A stretch of DNA of 64,000 nucleotides from Spirochaetota bacterium (GTDB taxonomy: Bacteria; Spirochaetota; UBA4802; JAFGDQ01). Positions 1-10,190 of this stretch are shown here, one piece after another. Both the position numbers and the translations under genes were made by a program. Below the pieces are notes generated by a model. That model had not been told where the DNA came from. It did not search any database and saw nothing but the letters and a program-made list of their open reading frames with translations. Each line of letters begins with the position of its first letter. Positions within the stretch are counted from its first letter, which is position 1. The stretch spans positions 288,001-352,000 of the forward strand of contig JAZDKB010000019.1 in assembly GCA_043803405.1 (NCBI GenBank). Reading direction: 5' to 3'.

Positions 1-1470
1 GCGTTAAGGGAAGAGGGGATCGATTCCATAATGGTCAACTCGAATCCGGAAACAGTATCCACGGATTACGATACTTCCGACAGGCTGTATTTTGAGCCTC
101 TTACACTGGAAGATATCCTGCATATTTATGATAGGGAAAAACCAAACGGAGTAATAGTGCAATTCGGGGGGCAAACCCCGCTCCGCCTTGCGAAAGAACT
201 CGAAGCCAATGGAGTAATTATTATCGGCACGTCGCCGGACTCTATTGACAGGGCGGAGGATAGAGAGAGATTTTCTAAAGTAGTCAGCGATCTTAAGCTG
301 CTTCAGCCCGAAAACGGAATGGCGTTCACCAGGGATGATGCTGTCGGGATCGCGGAAAGGATCGGGTATCCTGTGCTTGTAAGACCGTCATACGTGCTGG
401 GCGGCCGGGCAATGTCGATTGTGTACGACGAGAACAGTCTGAACGAATACATAAAGAGCGCTGTGCATCTTTCTCCTGAACATCCTATTTTAATAGATAA
501 ATTCCTGGATGATGCAATTGAAGTCGATGTGGATGCTATATGCGATGGTCGGGATGTCTTCGTTGGTGCGGTAATGGAACACATTGAGCAGGCGGGTATT
601 CATTCCGGCGATTCGGCATGTATCATCCCGCCTATGACATTAAAAGGAAAAATTTACGACGATATTATAGATGCTACAAAAAAGCTTGCAATGGAACTGA
701 ACGTAATAGGGCTTTTAAATATACAGTTTGCAGTTAAGGATAATGAACTGTATGTAATAGAAGTAAATCCGCGCGCATCAAGGACAGTGCCGTTTGTGTC
801 AAAGACAACAGGAGTACCGCTGGCAAAAATAGCGGTAAAAATAATGCTCGGCAAAAAACTGAAAGACCTTAATTTGATTGAAATGAAAAAGATACCGTAT
901 GTCAGCGTTAAAGAAGCCGTGCTTCCATTCAGTAAATTTCCGGGCGTTGATACGATCCTTTCCCCTGAGATGAAATCTACAGGCGAGGTAATGGGAATTT
1001 CAGAAAATTTCGGGGAATCGTATTACAAGGCCGAATTGGGCGCCGGTGATATGCTGCCGAAAAAAGGCACGATATTTTTAAGCGTAAACAGAAAATCCAA
1101 ATATGATCTTCTGGATGAGATGAGGCTTCTTTCCCAGAACGGATTTCATTTAATCGCAACAGAAGGTACGGCGGAGTTCCTGAATAATAACGGGATCCCA
1201 TGCGACAGGATATTTAAGGTAAGCGAAGGGAGACCGAATATAATTGATCTTGTAAAAAATAAAGGCATTGATCTGATTGTGAACACACCGACAGGCAAAA
1301 TTCCAAGGTATGATGCATACACAATCAGGCAGGCTGCCGTAAGGTATCATATTCCTATTATGACGACTATCGCAGCTGCAAAGGCTGCGGTTCGCGGGCT
1401 GTTGGAAGTAAAGGCCAAGGGGGAACTTACCGTAAAGTCGATTCAGGAATATCACGCGGAGGTAACATAG
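1..1470 (+). CDS. carB: Carbamoyl-phosphate synthase large subunit, C-terminal half (5' truncated by window)
   Basis: NSNPETVSTDYD, QFGGQTPL, GIHSGDS, EVNPRASRT, EMKSTGEVMG motifs and C-terminal MGS domain; frame open from base 1. Confidence 0.98.
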   Translation, partial: ALREEGIDSIMVNSNPETVSTDYDTSDRLYFEPLTLEDILHIYDREKPNGVIVQFGGQTPLRLAKELEANGVIIIGTSPDSIDRAEDRERFSKVVSDLKLLQPENGMAFTRDDAVGIAERIGYPVLVRPSYVLGGRAMSIVYDENSLNEYIKSAVHLSPEHPILIDKFLDDAIEVDVDAICDGRDVFVGAVMEHIEQAGIHSGDSACIIPPMTLKGKIYDDIIDATKKLAMELNVIGLLNIQFAVKDNELYVIEVNPRASRTVPFVSKTTGVPLAKIAVKIMLGKKLKDLNLIEMKKIPYVSVKEAVLPFSKFPGVDTILSPEMKSTGEVMGISENFGESYYKAELGAGDMLPKKGTIFLSVNRKSKYDLLDEMRLLSQNGFHLIATEGTAEFLNNNGIPCDRIFKVSEGRPNIIDLVKNKGIDLIVNTPTGKIPRYDAYTIRQAAVRYHIPIMTTIAAAKAAVRGLLEVKAKGELTVKSIQEYHAEVT

Positions 1471-1474
1471 ATTC

Positions 1475-2014
1475 ATGACTAAAAAACTGATATTGGATAA
1501 TAAAGCGATAAACAAAATAATTGAAAACACAGCGCATGATATGTTTGACAGTTTAAAGTTAAAAGGTGAATTTGCGATTGTAGGTATACAGACCAGAGGT
1601 GTTGAGCTCGCAAACAGATTAAGGAAAAAACTGGAAGTGCTTACAGGCAGGGAAATTAAAAACGGCATTCTTGATATCACATTTTACAGGGATGACCTTG
1701 CCACCAGAGGATACCTGCCGGCCATTAAAGAAACGCGTATTGAATTTGATATAAACGGTATAACAGTTATTATTGTCGACGATGTGCTTTTTACAGGAAG
1801 GACAGTAAAAGCCGCGCTGGAAACATTGACCGGATTCGGCCGGCCTAAAGCGATAAAGCTTTTCACGCTTGTTGACAGAGGCAACAGGGAACTTCCAATA
1901 CAACCGGATTACTGCGGTTTTACAATTGAAACAGATTTGAAAGATGAAGTGCAGGTGCGACTTAACGGTACCGACAAAGTAGAAGATTCCGTATATCTGA
2001 TCAAAGGGCATTAG
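1475..2014 (+). CDS. pyrR: Bifunctional pyr operon regulator / uracil phosphoribosyltransferase
   Basis: GIQTRG, LDITFYRDDL, VDDVLFTGRT, DRGNRELPIQPDY motifs. Confidence 0.95.
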   Translation: MTKKLILDNKAINKIIENTAHDMFDSLKLKGEFAIVGIQTRGVELANRLRKKLEVLTGREIKNGILDITFYRDDLATRGYLPAIKETRIEFDINGITVIIVDDVLFTGRTVKAALETLTGFGRPKAIKLFTLVDRGNRELPIQPDYCGFTIETDLKDEVQVRLNGTDKVEDSVYLIKGH

Positions 2015-2043
2015 TTTCAGGTTATTCTCAGGATAAATATTAT

Positions 2044-2412
2044 ATGTATCGTTTAAAAGTATTTGATCATTTTTCTTCAGCTCATTTTCTAAACGGATAC
2101 AAGGGCAAGTGCGAATCCCTGCACGGGCATAACTGGAAGGTGGAGGCAGAAGTTGAAGGCGAAAAGCTTGACAATTTGGGCATGTTGATTGATTTTAAGA
2201 TATTGCGAAAACTTCTTGGGGAAATTCTAAAAGAAATGGATCATCGGCTTCTTAATGATATGGATGTTTTTAAAAACAGCAATCCCAGCGCTGAGCTTAT
2301 TGCGGAGTATATATATAATAAATTCCGGCAAATGCTGCCCGAAGGAGTAACCGTATCAAGTATCTCCGTATGGGAAACTGAACGGTCACAAGCAATTTAT
2401 TTCAAGGCGTAA
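2044..2412 (+). CDS. queD: 6-carboxytetrahydropterin synthase
   Basis: FSSAHFL, KCESLHGHNW, NPSAE, VWET motifs. Confidence 0.95.
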   Translation: MYRLKVFDHFSSAHFLNGYKGKCESLHGHNWKVEAEVEGEKLDNLGMLIDFKILRKLLGEILKEMDHRLLNDMDVFKNSNPSAELIAEYIYNKFRQMLPEGVTVSSISVWETERSQAIYFKA

Positions 2413-2453
2413 TACTTCGGCCCTTGCGTTGAGGATTAAAACATACTACCTAA

Positions 2454-3008
2454 ATGAATAAAGAAAAAATAAAAAAAGCAATATACGATTTATTAATCGC
2501 AATAGGTGATGATCCGGAACGCCCCGGCATTAAAGACACGCCGGAGAGAATGGCGGAGATGTATTCGGAACTGCTGTCGGGAACCGAAGAGCAGGCAGCG
2601 CGGGTAATTCAGGAGACACACGAGCTTAACCACGATGGAATGGTGCTCTTAAAGGATATTCCGTTTTATTCGATATGTGAACATCATTTATTGCCTTTTT
2701 TTGGCAAGTGCCATATCGCATATATACCGGACGATAACAAGGTTGTCGGAATAAGCAAACTTGCAAAAGTTGTAGATATTCTCAGCAGGGGTCTTCAGAT
2801 ACAGGAAAGGCTTACAACGCAGATAGTTGAAACAATAATGAAGAGCTTAAAGCCAAAAGGTGTGGGAGTTGTAATGGAAGCGAGACATCTTTGCATGGAG
2901 ATGAGAGGAATACAGAAACAAAATGCTTTCACAATAACTTCCGATGTTAGAGGAGTATTCCGCGCGGACATTAGAACACGGGAAGAATTTTTAAAATTAA
3001 TAAAATAA
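2454..3008 (+). CDS. folE: GTP cyclohydrolase I
   Basis: DTPER, SICEHHLLPF, GISKL, QIQERLT, HLCMEMRG motifs. Confidence 0.97.
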   Translation: MNKEKIKKAIYDLLIAIGDDPERPGIKDTPERMAEMYSELLSGTEEQAARVIQETHELNHDGMVLLKDIPFYSICEHHLLPFFGKCHIAYIPDDNKVVGISKLAKVVDILSRGLQIQERLTTQIVETIMKSLKPKGVGVVMEARHLCMEMRGIQKQNAFTITSDVRGVFRADIRTREEFLKLIK

Positions 3009-3036
3009 TTACGTGAATTTATATTTTAAAGGGTAA

Positions 3037-3981
3037 ATGGTTATGAGCGATAAGATGAAAATTTTTTCAGGGACTTCCAATCCTAAACTGGCTAAAGGCA
3101 TTACAGATCATCTTGGTATGACTCTGTCGGATATTGAATTAAAAAAATTCAGCGATGGAGAAATATCTGTAAAGATCAAGGAAAATGTCCGGGGCGCTGA
3201 GATTTTTGTAGTCCAATCTACATGCGGTCCTGTTAACGATAACATAATTGAGTTATTGCTGATAATTGATGCAGCGCGACGGGCATCGGCGAATAGTATT
3301 ACTGCCGTAATCCCGTATTTCGGCTATGCGCGCCAGGACAGGAAAGTGGAACCCCGTGTACCGATCTCCTCAAAAGTAATGGCCAATATACTTCAGACCT
3401 CCGGAATAAAAAGAGTTCTCACAATGGATCTGCATGCCGACCAGATTCAGGGTTTTTTCGATATTCCGGTCGATAATTTGTTCGGTTCTCTTATGTGCGT
3501 TGATCATATACTGAAAATGAAGATAAAAGATCTGGTAGTTGTTTCTCCTGATGCAGGCGGTGTCGACAGGGCGAGATTCTATGCAAGAAAAGTCAATGCC
3601 GGTCTGGCTATTATAGATAAACGCAGGGAAATGGCAAATGTCTCCGAAGTAATGAATATACTTGGGGATGTCAGGGGAAAGAACTGCATTTTAATTGATG
3701 ATATTATTGATACAGCCGGTTCTATTTCGGGCGCTGCAAGAGCATTAAGGGAAAATGGGGCAGATAAAGTGTTCTGTTATGCCGCTCACGGGGTTTTCTC
3801 GGGCAAGGCATACGAAAAGCTGAAAGAGGCGCCATTTGAAGAAATTATTTTTACTGATACAATCCCTGTCGATGAAACCAAGAAACTCAATAATATGCGT
3901 ATATTGTCTGTAGCCAGTTTGTTCGGAGAAGCCATAAAGAGAATATATAAAGGAGAATCCATCAGTTCTCTTTTTGTTTGA
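3037..3981 (+). CDS. prs: Ribose-phosphate pyrophosphokinase
   Basis: FSDGE, PYFGYARQDRK, DLHADQIQGFF, VSPDAGG, DDIIDTAGS motifs. Confidence 0.98.
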   Translation: MVMSDKMKIFSGTSNPKLAKGITDHLGMTLSDIELKKFSDGEISVKIKENVRGAEIFVVQSTCGPVNDNIIELLLIIDAARRASANSITAVIPYFGYARQDRKVEPRVPISSKVMANILQTSGIKRVLTMDLHADQIQGFFDIPVDNLFGSLMCVDHILKMKIKDLVVVSPDAGGVDRARFYARKVNAGLAIIDKRREMANVSEVMNILGDVRGKNCILIDDIIDTAGSISGAARALRENGADKVFCYAAHGVFSGKAYEKLKEAPFEEIIFTDTIPVDETKKLNNMRILSVASLFGEAIKRIYKGESISSLFV

Positions 3982-4025
3982 GATTCAAAATTTTAAAAAT
4001 ATATCTGAGCAATAATAAATACTTA

Positions 4026-5111
4026 ATGAAAGTTAACGGAAAAGATTACAGAACGATCTGGATGGAAGGTCAGGTTATACGCATAATAAATCAGGTTCTT
4101 CTTCCTCATTCATTTGAAATTATCAATATTAATAATCTTGAAGAGTTAAAGAAATCGATCAATGATATGAATATACGCGGGGCCGGAGCAATCGGAGCTG
4201 CTGCCGGATACGGACTCGCGCAGGCCGGGCTTTCTGCAAATAACGCTGACTTTTTTCAGAAAGTCGGACTGGCTGCCGATGAATTAAAACGCACGCGCCC
4301 GACAGCGCAGAATTTGTTTACTATAGTTAACGGTATTTTAAAAAAAGTCAACAATTACACCGATCCGGATAAGGCGAGGGATGCGCTTGTAAAAGAAGCA
4401 CAGTATTATGCGGACCTGGATGCCGAAGCGTGCAGAAAGATCGGAATGTACGGCTCAGGTTTAATCAAGGACGGAGCGCAGATATCGACACACTGTAATG
4501 CAGGCTGGCTTGCATTTGTCGACTGGGGTAGCGCACTTTCGCCTGTCTATTATGCGGTGAAAGAACAAAAAAAGAATGTTTTTGTTTACGTGGATGAGAC
4601 AAGGCCAAGATGTCAGGGTGCAAACCTGACAGCCTGGGAACTTCTTCAGGAAAATATTCCTCATTCAATAATAGCGGATAATGTTACGGGCGCTCTTATG
4701 TGGAGAGGAAAAATTGACATAGTAATCGTAGGAGCAGACAGGATTGCACGTAATGGAGATGTTGCCAATAAAATCGGCACTTATTCATCTGCCGTTGTTG
4801 CGAAGGAAAACAAAATTCCATTTTATGTGGCTGCGCCTATAACAACAATAGATCCGAATTGCGAATCAGGCAGATCAATACCAATCGAAGAGAGGGATCA
4901 GGATGAAACTCTTTTTATGTCGGGGCTAGATGCAAAAGGGAATCTGTCAAAAGTCAGAATAGCTCCCAAGGGATGCACGGCGTTAAACATAGGATTCGAT
5001 GTTACCCCTGCTGAATATATAAAAGGAATAATCACCGAAAACGGTATTTTCCCGGCAAGTAAAAAAGGGATTGAAGAAATATTAAAGGGCAGTTCAAATG
5101 TATACAAATAA
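4026..5111 (+). CDS. mtnA: S-methyl-5-thioribose-1-phosphate isomerase
   Basis: IRGAGAIG, TRPTAQNL, THCNAGWLA, ETRPRCQGA, GADRI, NKIGT, FDVTP motifs; ATG at 4026 preferred over TTG at 3978. Confidence 0.93.
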   Translation: MKVNGKDYRTIWMEGQVIRIINQVLLPHSFEIININNLEELKKSINDMNIRGAGAIGAAAGYGLAQAGLSANNADFFQKVGLAADELKRTRPTAQNLFTIVNGILKKVNNYTDPDKARDALVKEAQYYADLDAEACRKIGMYGSGLIKDGAQISTHCNAGWLAFVDWGSALSPVYYAVKEQKKNVFVYVDETRPRCQGANLTAWELLQENIPHSIIADNVTGALMWRGKIDIVIVGADRIARNGDVANKIGTYSSAVVAKENKIPFYVAAPITTIDPNCESGRSIPIEERDQDETLFMSGLDAKGNLSKVRIAPKGCTALNIGFDVTPAEYIKGIITENGIFPASKKGIEEILKGSSNVYK

Positions 5112-5532
5112 AAAAATAATTGTCGGGTCCGATCATGGGGGATTCGAGTTAAAAAGTATAATTCTAAGGCACTTAAGGGATTCCGGTTTAGATGTTGAAG
5201 ATGCCGGATGCCACTCGCAGGATTCATGCGATTATCCTGTTTACGGGAAGATAGTTGCCGATAAGGTTATTGAAGCAAAATGCCGGGGGATCCTTTTATG
5301 CGGCACAGGCATTGGAATGAGCATTGTTGCCAACCGTATTCCGGGCATAAGAGCTGCTCTTTGCCATAACGAATATACAGCCAGGATGTCGAGAATGCAT
5401 AATGATGCAAATATTCTTATTCTCGGCGCAAGGGTCATCGGGTCAGGGCTGGCAATTGATATTGTGAATATATGGCTTAATACGGAATTCGAAGGCGGCC
5501 GCCATCAGAAAAGACTGGATTTAATAAAATAA
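5098..5532 (+). CDS. rpiB: Ribose-5-phosphate isomerase B
   Basis: GSDHGG, DYP, CGTGIGM, HNDAN, FEGGRH motifs. Confidence 0.96.
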   Translation: MYTNKKIIVGSDHGGFELKSIILRHLRDSGLDVEDAGCHSQDSCDYPVYGKIVADKVIEAKCRGILLCGTGIGMSIVANRIPGIRAALCHNEYTARMSRMHNDANILILGARVIGSGLAIDIVNIWLNTEFEGGRHQKRLDLIK

Positions 5533-5732
5533 TTTACTCATGTTGGCTGATTTTTTCCGTAATATTATTGTTAAATTATGAATAAATGTCATAGTAATCA
5601 TCAATTTTGAGGCGGCAGGACGCCGCCGCGAGCCGCTTCTTACAGGATGTATGCATTAGCGGCGAGAAAAATGATGATTACTATGACATTTATCTTGTAT
5701 GCATAATAAAAAAGTCAGTAAAGTTGAGTTAA
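5533..5732. mobile_element. ~200 bp palindromic MITE/REPIN-like element, copy 1
   Basis: Perfect 22 bp inverted repeat 5582-5603/5672-5693 around a GC-rich core; imperfect outer inverted repeats; near-identical copy at 29303-29498. Confidence 0.8.
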
Positions 5733-5838
5733 TTACAAAAAGATGCAAGTAAATTTAACTTTATAGATCATAATAGCAAAAATTGAGTTAAAGATAATTA
5801 AAATTTCTTTAAAAATTTAAAACGGAGAGTAATAAATC

Positions 5839-6987
5839 ATGAAAGATTTTCTTTTTACATCCGAGTCGGTTTCAGAAGGCCATCCGGATAAAGTTGCAGA
5901 TCAGATATCGGACGCGGTTGTTGACGCATATATAGCGAAGGATCCTAAATCCAGGGTTGCCTGCGAAACTCTGGTTACAACCAATCTGATAGTGATGTCG
6001 GGCGAGATAACTTCAAAGGGAGAGGTTGACTTTGAAAAGATAGCCAGGAAGGTTGTTGCAGATATCGGGTATAATGACCCGGAAGTAGGGTTCGATGCAA
6101 ATTCATGCAAGGTTGAACTTTATATGCATCCGCAGTCGCCGGATATATCCCAGGGAGTAACAGAAGGAGAAGGACTTTTTAAAGAACAGGGTGCCGGGGA
6201 CCAGGGCATGATGTTCGGATACGCAATAAACGAAACCGACGTTTTAATGCCTATGCCGATTCTGTACGCCCACAGGCTGGTTGAATATTTAGCTAAAATT
6301 CGCAAAGAAAAAAAGCTTTCATTTCTAAGACCCGATTCCAAATCACAGGTTACAATAGAATACAGGGATAATAAACCGTACAGGGTCGATACTATCGTAA
6401 TATCAACCCAGCATTCTCCCGAAGCAACACACAAACAGATCACGGAAGGCGTAATCGAGGAAGTAATAAAGAAAATCATCCCGGATAAATTATTAAGCAA
6501 GGATACAAAAATCTATGTGAATCCTACCGGAAGATTTGAAATAGGCGGGCCTCATGGAGATACAGGATTAACAGGCAGAAAAATAATTGTAGATACATAC
6601 GGCGGATGGGGGAGACACGGCGGCGGAGCTTTTTCCGGCAAAGATCCGTCAAAAGTAGACAGGTCTGCGGCATATATGGGACGCTATGTTGCAAAAAATA
6701 TAGTTGCAGCAGGATTGGCGGAAAGATGCGAAGTGCAGATTGCTTATGCAATAGGCGTTGCCGAACCAGTGTCCGTATTGATCGATACATTCGGGACAAA
6801 TAAAATAGATGAAAAGCAAATCAGCGAGCGCGTGCGTAAAGTGTTCGGATTAAAACCAGCTGAAATAATCAGTACGTTGAATTTACTGCGGCCGGTATTT
6901 TTGCCTACAGCATCTTATGGGCATTTCGGCAGGACTGGAGACGGATTTACGTGGGAGAAAACCGATAAAGCCGATAAACTAAAATAA
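5839..6987 (+). CDS. metK: S-adenosylmethionine synthetase
   Basis: [49 protein letters not shown] motifs. Confidence 0.99.
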   Translation: MKDFLFTSESVSEGHPDKVADQISDAVVDAYIAKDPKSRVACETLVTTNLIVMSGEITSKGEVDFEKIARKVVADIGYNDPEVGFDANSCKVELYMHPQSPDISQGVTEGEGLFKEQGAGDQGMMFGYAINETDVLMPMPILYAHRLVEYLAKIRKEKKLSFLRPDSKSQVTIEYRDNKPYRVDTIVISTQHSPEATHKQITEGVIEEVIKKIIPDKLLSKDTKIYVNPTGRFEIGGPHGDTGLTGRKIIVDTYGGWGRHGGGAFSGKDPSKVDRSAAYMGRYVAKNIVAAGLAERCEVQIAYAIGVAEPVSVLIDTFGTNKIDEKQISERVRKVFGLKPAEIISTLNLLRPVFLPTASYGHFGRTGDGFTWEKTDKADKLK

Positions 6988-6998
6988 AGGTATAATCT

Positions 6999-7520
6999 AT
7001 GAACATACTTGATATTAAAAAGATTATTCGCGATGTGCATGATTTCCCCAAAAAAGGAATAATCTTTAAAGATATAACGACGCATCTAAAGCACCCACTG
7101 GCCTTTAAAACATCAATTGATCTATTGGCTAAAGAATGTAAGAAATATTCTGTGCAAAAGGTGCTCGGTATTGAGTCCAGAGGATTTATCTTTGCCGTAC
7201 CAATTGCGATGGAACTTAACGTTGGTTTTGTACCTATAAGAAAACCTGGCAAATTACCCGCAGATACAATTTCAGAAACATACGACCTGGAATATGGTAC
7301 AGACTCCATCGAAATACATAAAGACGCAATAAATCCGGGTGAGAATGTAGTAATCATTGATGATTTGCTTGCTACCGGAGGGACTGCGGCAGCAGCATGT
7401 AAATTGGTTGAAAAATGCGGCGGTAATCCGGTACTTATTGCATTTTTAATAGAGCTTACATTTTTGGACGGACGTGAAAAACTTAAAGGCCGAAATGTGT
7501 TTGCGTTGCTGGATTTTTAA
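6999..7520 (+). CDS. apt: Adenine phosphoribosyltransferase
   Basis: DFPKKGIIFKDIT, ESRGF, RKPGKLP, YDLEYG, DDLLATGGT motifs. Confidence 0.97.
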   Translation: MNILDIKKIIRDVHDFPKKGIIFKDITTHLKHPLAFKTSIDLLAKECKKYSVQKVLGIESRGFIFAVPIAMELNVGFVPIRKPGKLPADTISETYDLEYGTDSIEIHKDAINPGENVVIIDDLLATGGTAAAACKLVEKCGGNPVLIAFLIELTFLDGREKLKGRNVFALLDF

Positions 7521-7544
7521 AGTTTTTGTGGTATTTTTACATCA

Positions 7545-7586
7545 CACAGAGATTGTAGTCAGTAATTACTTTCTATGATCTCTGTG
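7545..7586. terminator. Stem-loop between convergent genes, possible bidirectional terminator
   Basis: cacagagattgtag ... ctatgatctctgtg inverted repeat after the apt stop. Confidence 0.55.
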
Positions 7587-7618
7587 GATTTTATTAGGAA
7601 TGATTTTGTTTTAACTAT

Positions 7619-8464
7619 TTAACTTATTAAATTTTCCAGAGTTTTCCTGCCATGTTTTGTTAATTCAACCATAACCGGATCATTGATATTGCCTTTACAG
7701 TAATTAAGCATATTAAAATGGCTTAACCATGTAAAAATGCTGAAGTCAAGAAAAGATGAAAGTAATAAATCGCCGGTGCAGTAGAATTTTATCTTTTTAA
7801 AAAAGGTATTGGATATTTTATCTATCCGGAATTGGCCATGTTTGGAAAGCATTAGATCAATTAGTAAGTTTTTGTTTTTTTGTAAAACATCGGCAGCTTC
7901 CGGCATTGAAGGAAACAGCTCCCTCCACTTACTTTTATTCCAGAATGAATTTAGCAGCATAAAAAATAATTGAATATTCATATACGCAAGATCTTTGACT
8001 GTTATGAATTCGTTTAGAAGATTAGTAGTATCGGTATTCTTTAAAATTAGTATAAATTGTTTAATATATAATAAAATTAATTCCTCATCATTATATTTAT
8101 TAAATAAAAAAGCGCTCAAAGAATGATTCAAACAGCAATGACAGAATTCCTCGTTTAAAATATATTTTAAATTCTTGTTGCTGGAATTTTTATCAACGTT
8201 TTGCAGCGCAATTCGTGAAAATCGCATTATAATTGAATTATTAATTGCCCCATGAAAATCGCGATCAATTTTATTGATAAGTAAGTGCCGCGAATCACAG
8301 ACTGCCGCATTGCATTTTTTCCGGCCTAATGTCAGGCTGAGAGGATTAATCGCTAACCTATGATTAATTTTATCTGTACTTCTGTTCGGATTTAGATATA
8401 GAGCATCCTTGATCTTGCTGTTCTTTTCACTGATACTGCTGATCTCAAAATTGCTTTTTTTCAT
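7619..8464 (-). CDS. Hypothetical protein
   Basis: 281 aa ORF in AT-rich DNA with no competing ORF; no family recognised; start uncertain. Confidence 0.7.
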   Translation of the reverse strand: MKKSNFEISSISEKNSKIKDALYLNPNRSTDKINHRLAINPLSLTLGRKKCNAAVCDSRHLLINKIDRDFHGAINNSIIMRFSRIALQNVDKNSSNKNLKYILNEEFCHCCLNHSLSAFLFNKYNDEELILLYIKQFILILKNTDTTNLLNEFITVKDLAYMNIQLFFMLLNSFWNKSKWRELFPSMPEAADVLQKNKNLLIDLMLSKHGQFRIDKISNTFFKKIKFYCTGDLLLSSFLDFSIFTWLSHFNMLNYCKGNINDPVMVELTKHGRKTLENLIS

Positions 8465-8942
8465 TAATTTTACTCTTGCTCCATGAATAATTAATGTTAA
8501 ATTTAAAATTGAATAATGAAAAAAATATTCTTTTTTGTATAAAATAAAAAATTTGCAGATGTTAAAGCTCTAAATCAGATGATTTTTTAATATATCGAGA
8601 ATTAGAAGTCAACGATTATTGTAATTAATTGGCAAATTAATCCGATTTTTTAAAAAAAATTAAAAAATTTTTTATATTGTATTATTTGCATTGGTTGTAA
8701 TTTTTTTTATTAAAACATTTTGTTGATAATATAGTAATAAGTGTTGATAATATAGTAGATTATTTGTTAATATATGTCGGTATACTAGATGCGGATTTTA
8801 TGTGACCTGGTTTTTAATATTTTTAAAAAAAATGGAAAAGTTTTTTTTATTTATGGGAATATACCCGGACATACTTATAAAACTCATAGTGTGACAATTA
8901 TTTTAGGACTGGAATTAATCTTTCAGCATTAATCCCTGGTTA

Positions 8943-9860
8943 TTAACTTTTTTTGGATAAATATTTCAGGGGGTCTTCCGGTTTCCCCGAATGGCCTATC
9001 TGAAAATGGAGTTTATTTCCTTCGGTTTTGCCAATACTTTTACCTGCAGAAATTTTTTCACCTTCGCATACTTTTATATCTTTTAAATTAGAATAAATAG
9101 TTAAATATTTATTATTATGCGTTAAAATTATATAATTCCCGAATCCGCGCATATAGCCTACTTTTTTTACGATACCGTCTGCTGATGAAAATACAGTCGT
9201 ATCCGGCTCACTTAAAATAAGTATTCCTATTGACTTTACTCCGTCCAGCCCATCCCTCTTTGTACCATATACATGTTTAATCGGCCAGCAAAAATCAGGA
9301 TTTTTTAATTGAACCTGATTATTTGGTGTGTAACTCGTTTGTTGTTTATCCTCCGGAAATTTTAAAATCATTCCTTCATGAATTTTATCATTATTTTTGA
9401 TATTATTAATTCTGGTTATTTCATTAATATTAGTATTAAATTTTTTAGATAATTTTAATAAACTATCTCCTTTCTTTACTTTATAAAGTATTTTATTGGT
9501 TTTACCCGGTTTATTGGAAATTACAGGTTCTGAAGGGAAGTTTTGTATTTTATCGGAATGAAAAACGTTTTTCAAATTTTCCCTCTTACTGTTGGTTCGA
9601 ATTAAATTTTCTTTATTTAAAGAATTTCTTGAGGGTTTATTTGTTTGTTTCTTATGGGGAAAGTCATCCCTACTAATCATTATTTCCGGAATATCATTAT
9701 CTTCTTCATCTTTATCGGATGACCAGTTATAAAATGAATAATCTGATGATAGATTTGTTTTTTTATTATAATTGTTTTGCTGGCGAATATATTTATCGGG
9801 CGTACATTTTAGCATAATAAATAAAAATATTAATATGAATATATGTTTTTGTCTCGACAT
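8943..9860 (-). CDS. LysM + M23 family peptidoglycan-associated protein (NlpD-like), probable lipoprotein
   Basis: YKVKKGDSL LysM; WP..., GYMRGFGNYIILTH, YSNL, LHFQI M23-like domain with degenerate Zn ligands; hydrophobic N-terminus ending in Cys. Confidence 0.85.
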   Translation of the reverse strand: MSRQKHIFILIFLFIMLKCTPDKYIRQQNNYNKKTNLSSDYSFYNWSSDKDEEDNDIPEIMISRDDFPHKKQTNKPSRNSLNKENLIRTNSKRENLKNVFHSDKIQNFPSEPVISNKPGKTNKILYKVKKGDSLLKLSKKFNTNINEITRINNIKNNDKIHEGMILKFPEDKQQTSYTPNNQVQLKNPDFCWPIKHVYGTKRDGLDGVKSIGILILSEPDTTVFSSADGIVKKVGYMRGFGNYIILTHNNKYLTIYSNLKDIKVCEGEKISAGKSIGKTEGNKLHFQIGHSGKPEDPLKYLSKKS

Positions 9861-9991
9861 CCGTATTGTCCGTAGAGGATCATATCCGTATGATCCTGAA
9901 TGAAATATAATTTATCAGAAGGAATTATAGAAATATTTCACCTTATCATGTATTTCGGTGTAATCTGGCCGGTAATTGAGCAATTTTTTGC

Positions 9992-10093
9992 TTCAAGGCC
10001 TTGAAACATAATATCTTTGCTTTTGCGTCGGCCGATACCGAAGGTGGCGGCTGGTACATCGGTACCGGGGGGCTACACCGGGGAATTTTATTT
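9992..10093. repeat. ~100 bp hairpin element with conserved ends, copy 1
   Basis: Begins ttcaaggccttgaaacataatatc, ends gggggct...gggaattttattt; same ends at 52403-52502. Confidence 0.7.
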
Positions 10094-10190
10094 TCTTTTG
10101 ATTTCAGACAGTGACATTTTTTAAGTAATATTTGTTGCTTTTTAAAATAATATGTAATAGATTACGTTTAAAGCATTCCAGAGTAAAAAA

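Noticed and set aside
5582..5693. SAM riboswitch upstream of metK
   Set aside because: Lacks SAM-I/II consensus and a near-identical copy lies at 29337 before an unrelated gene
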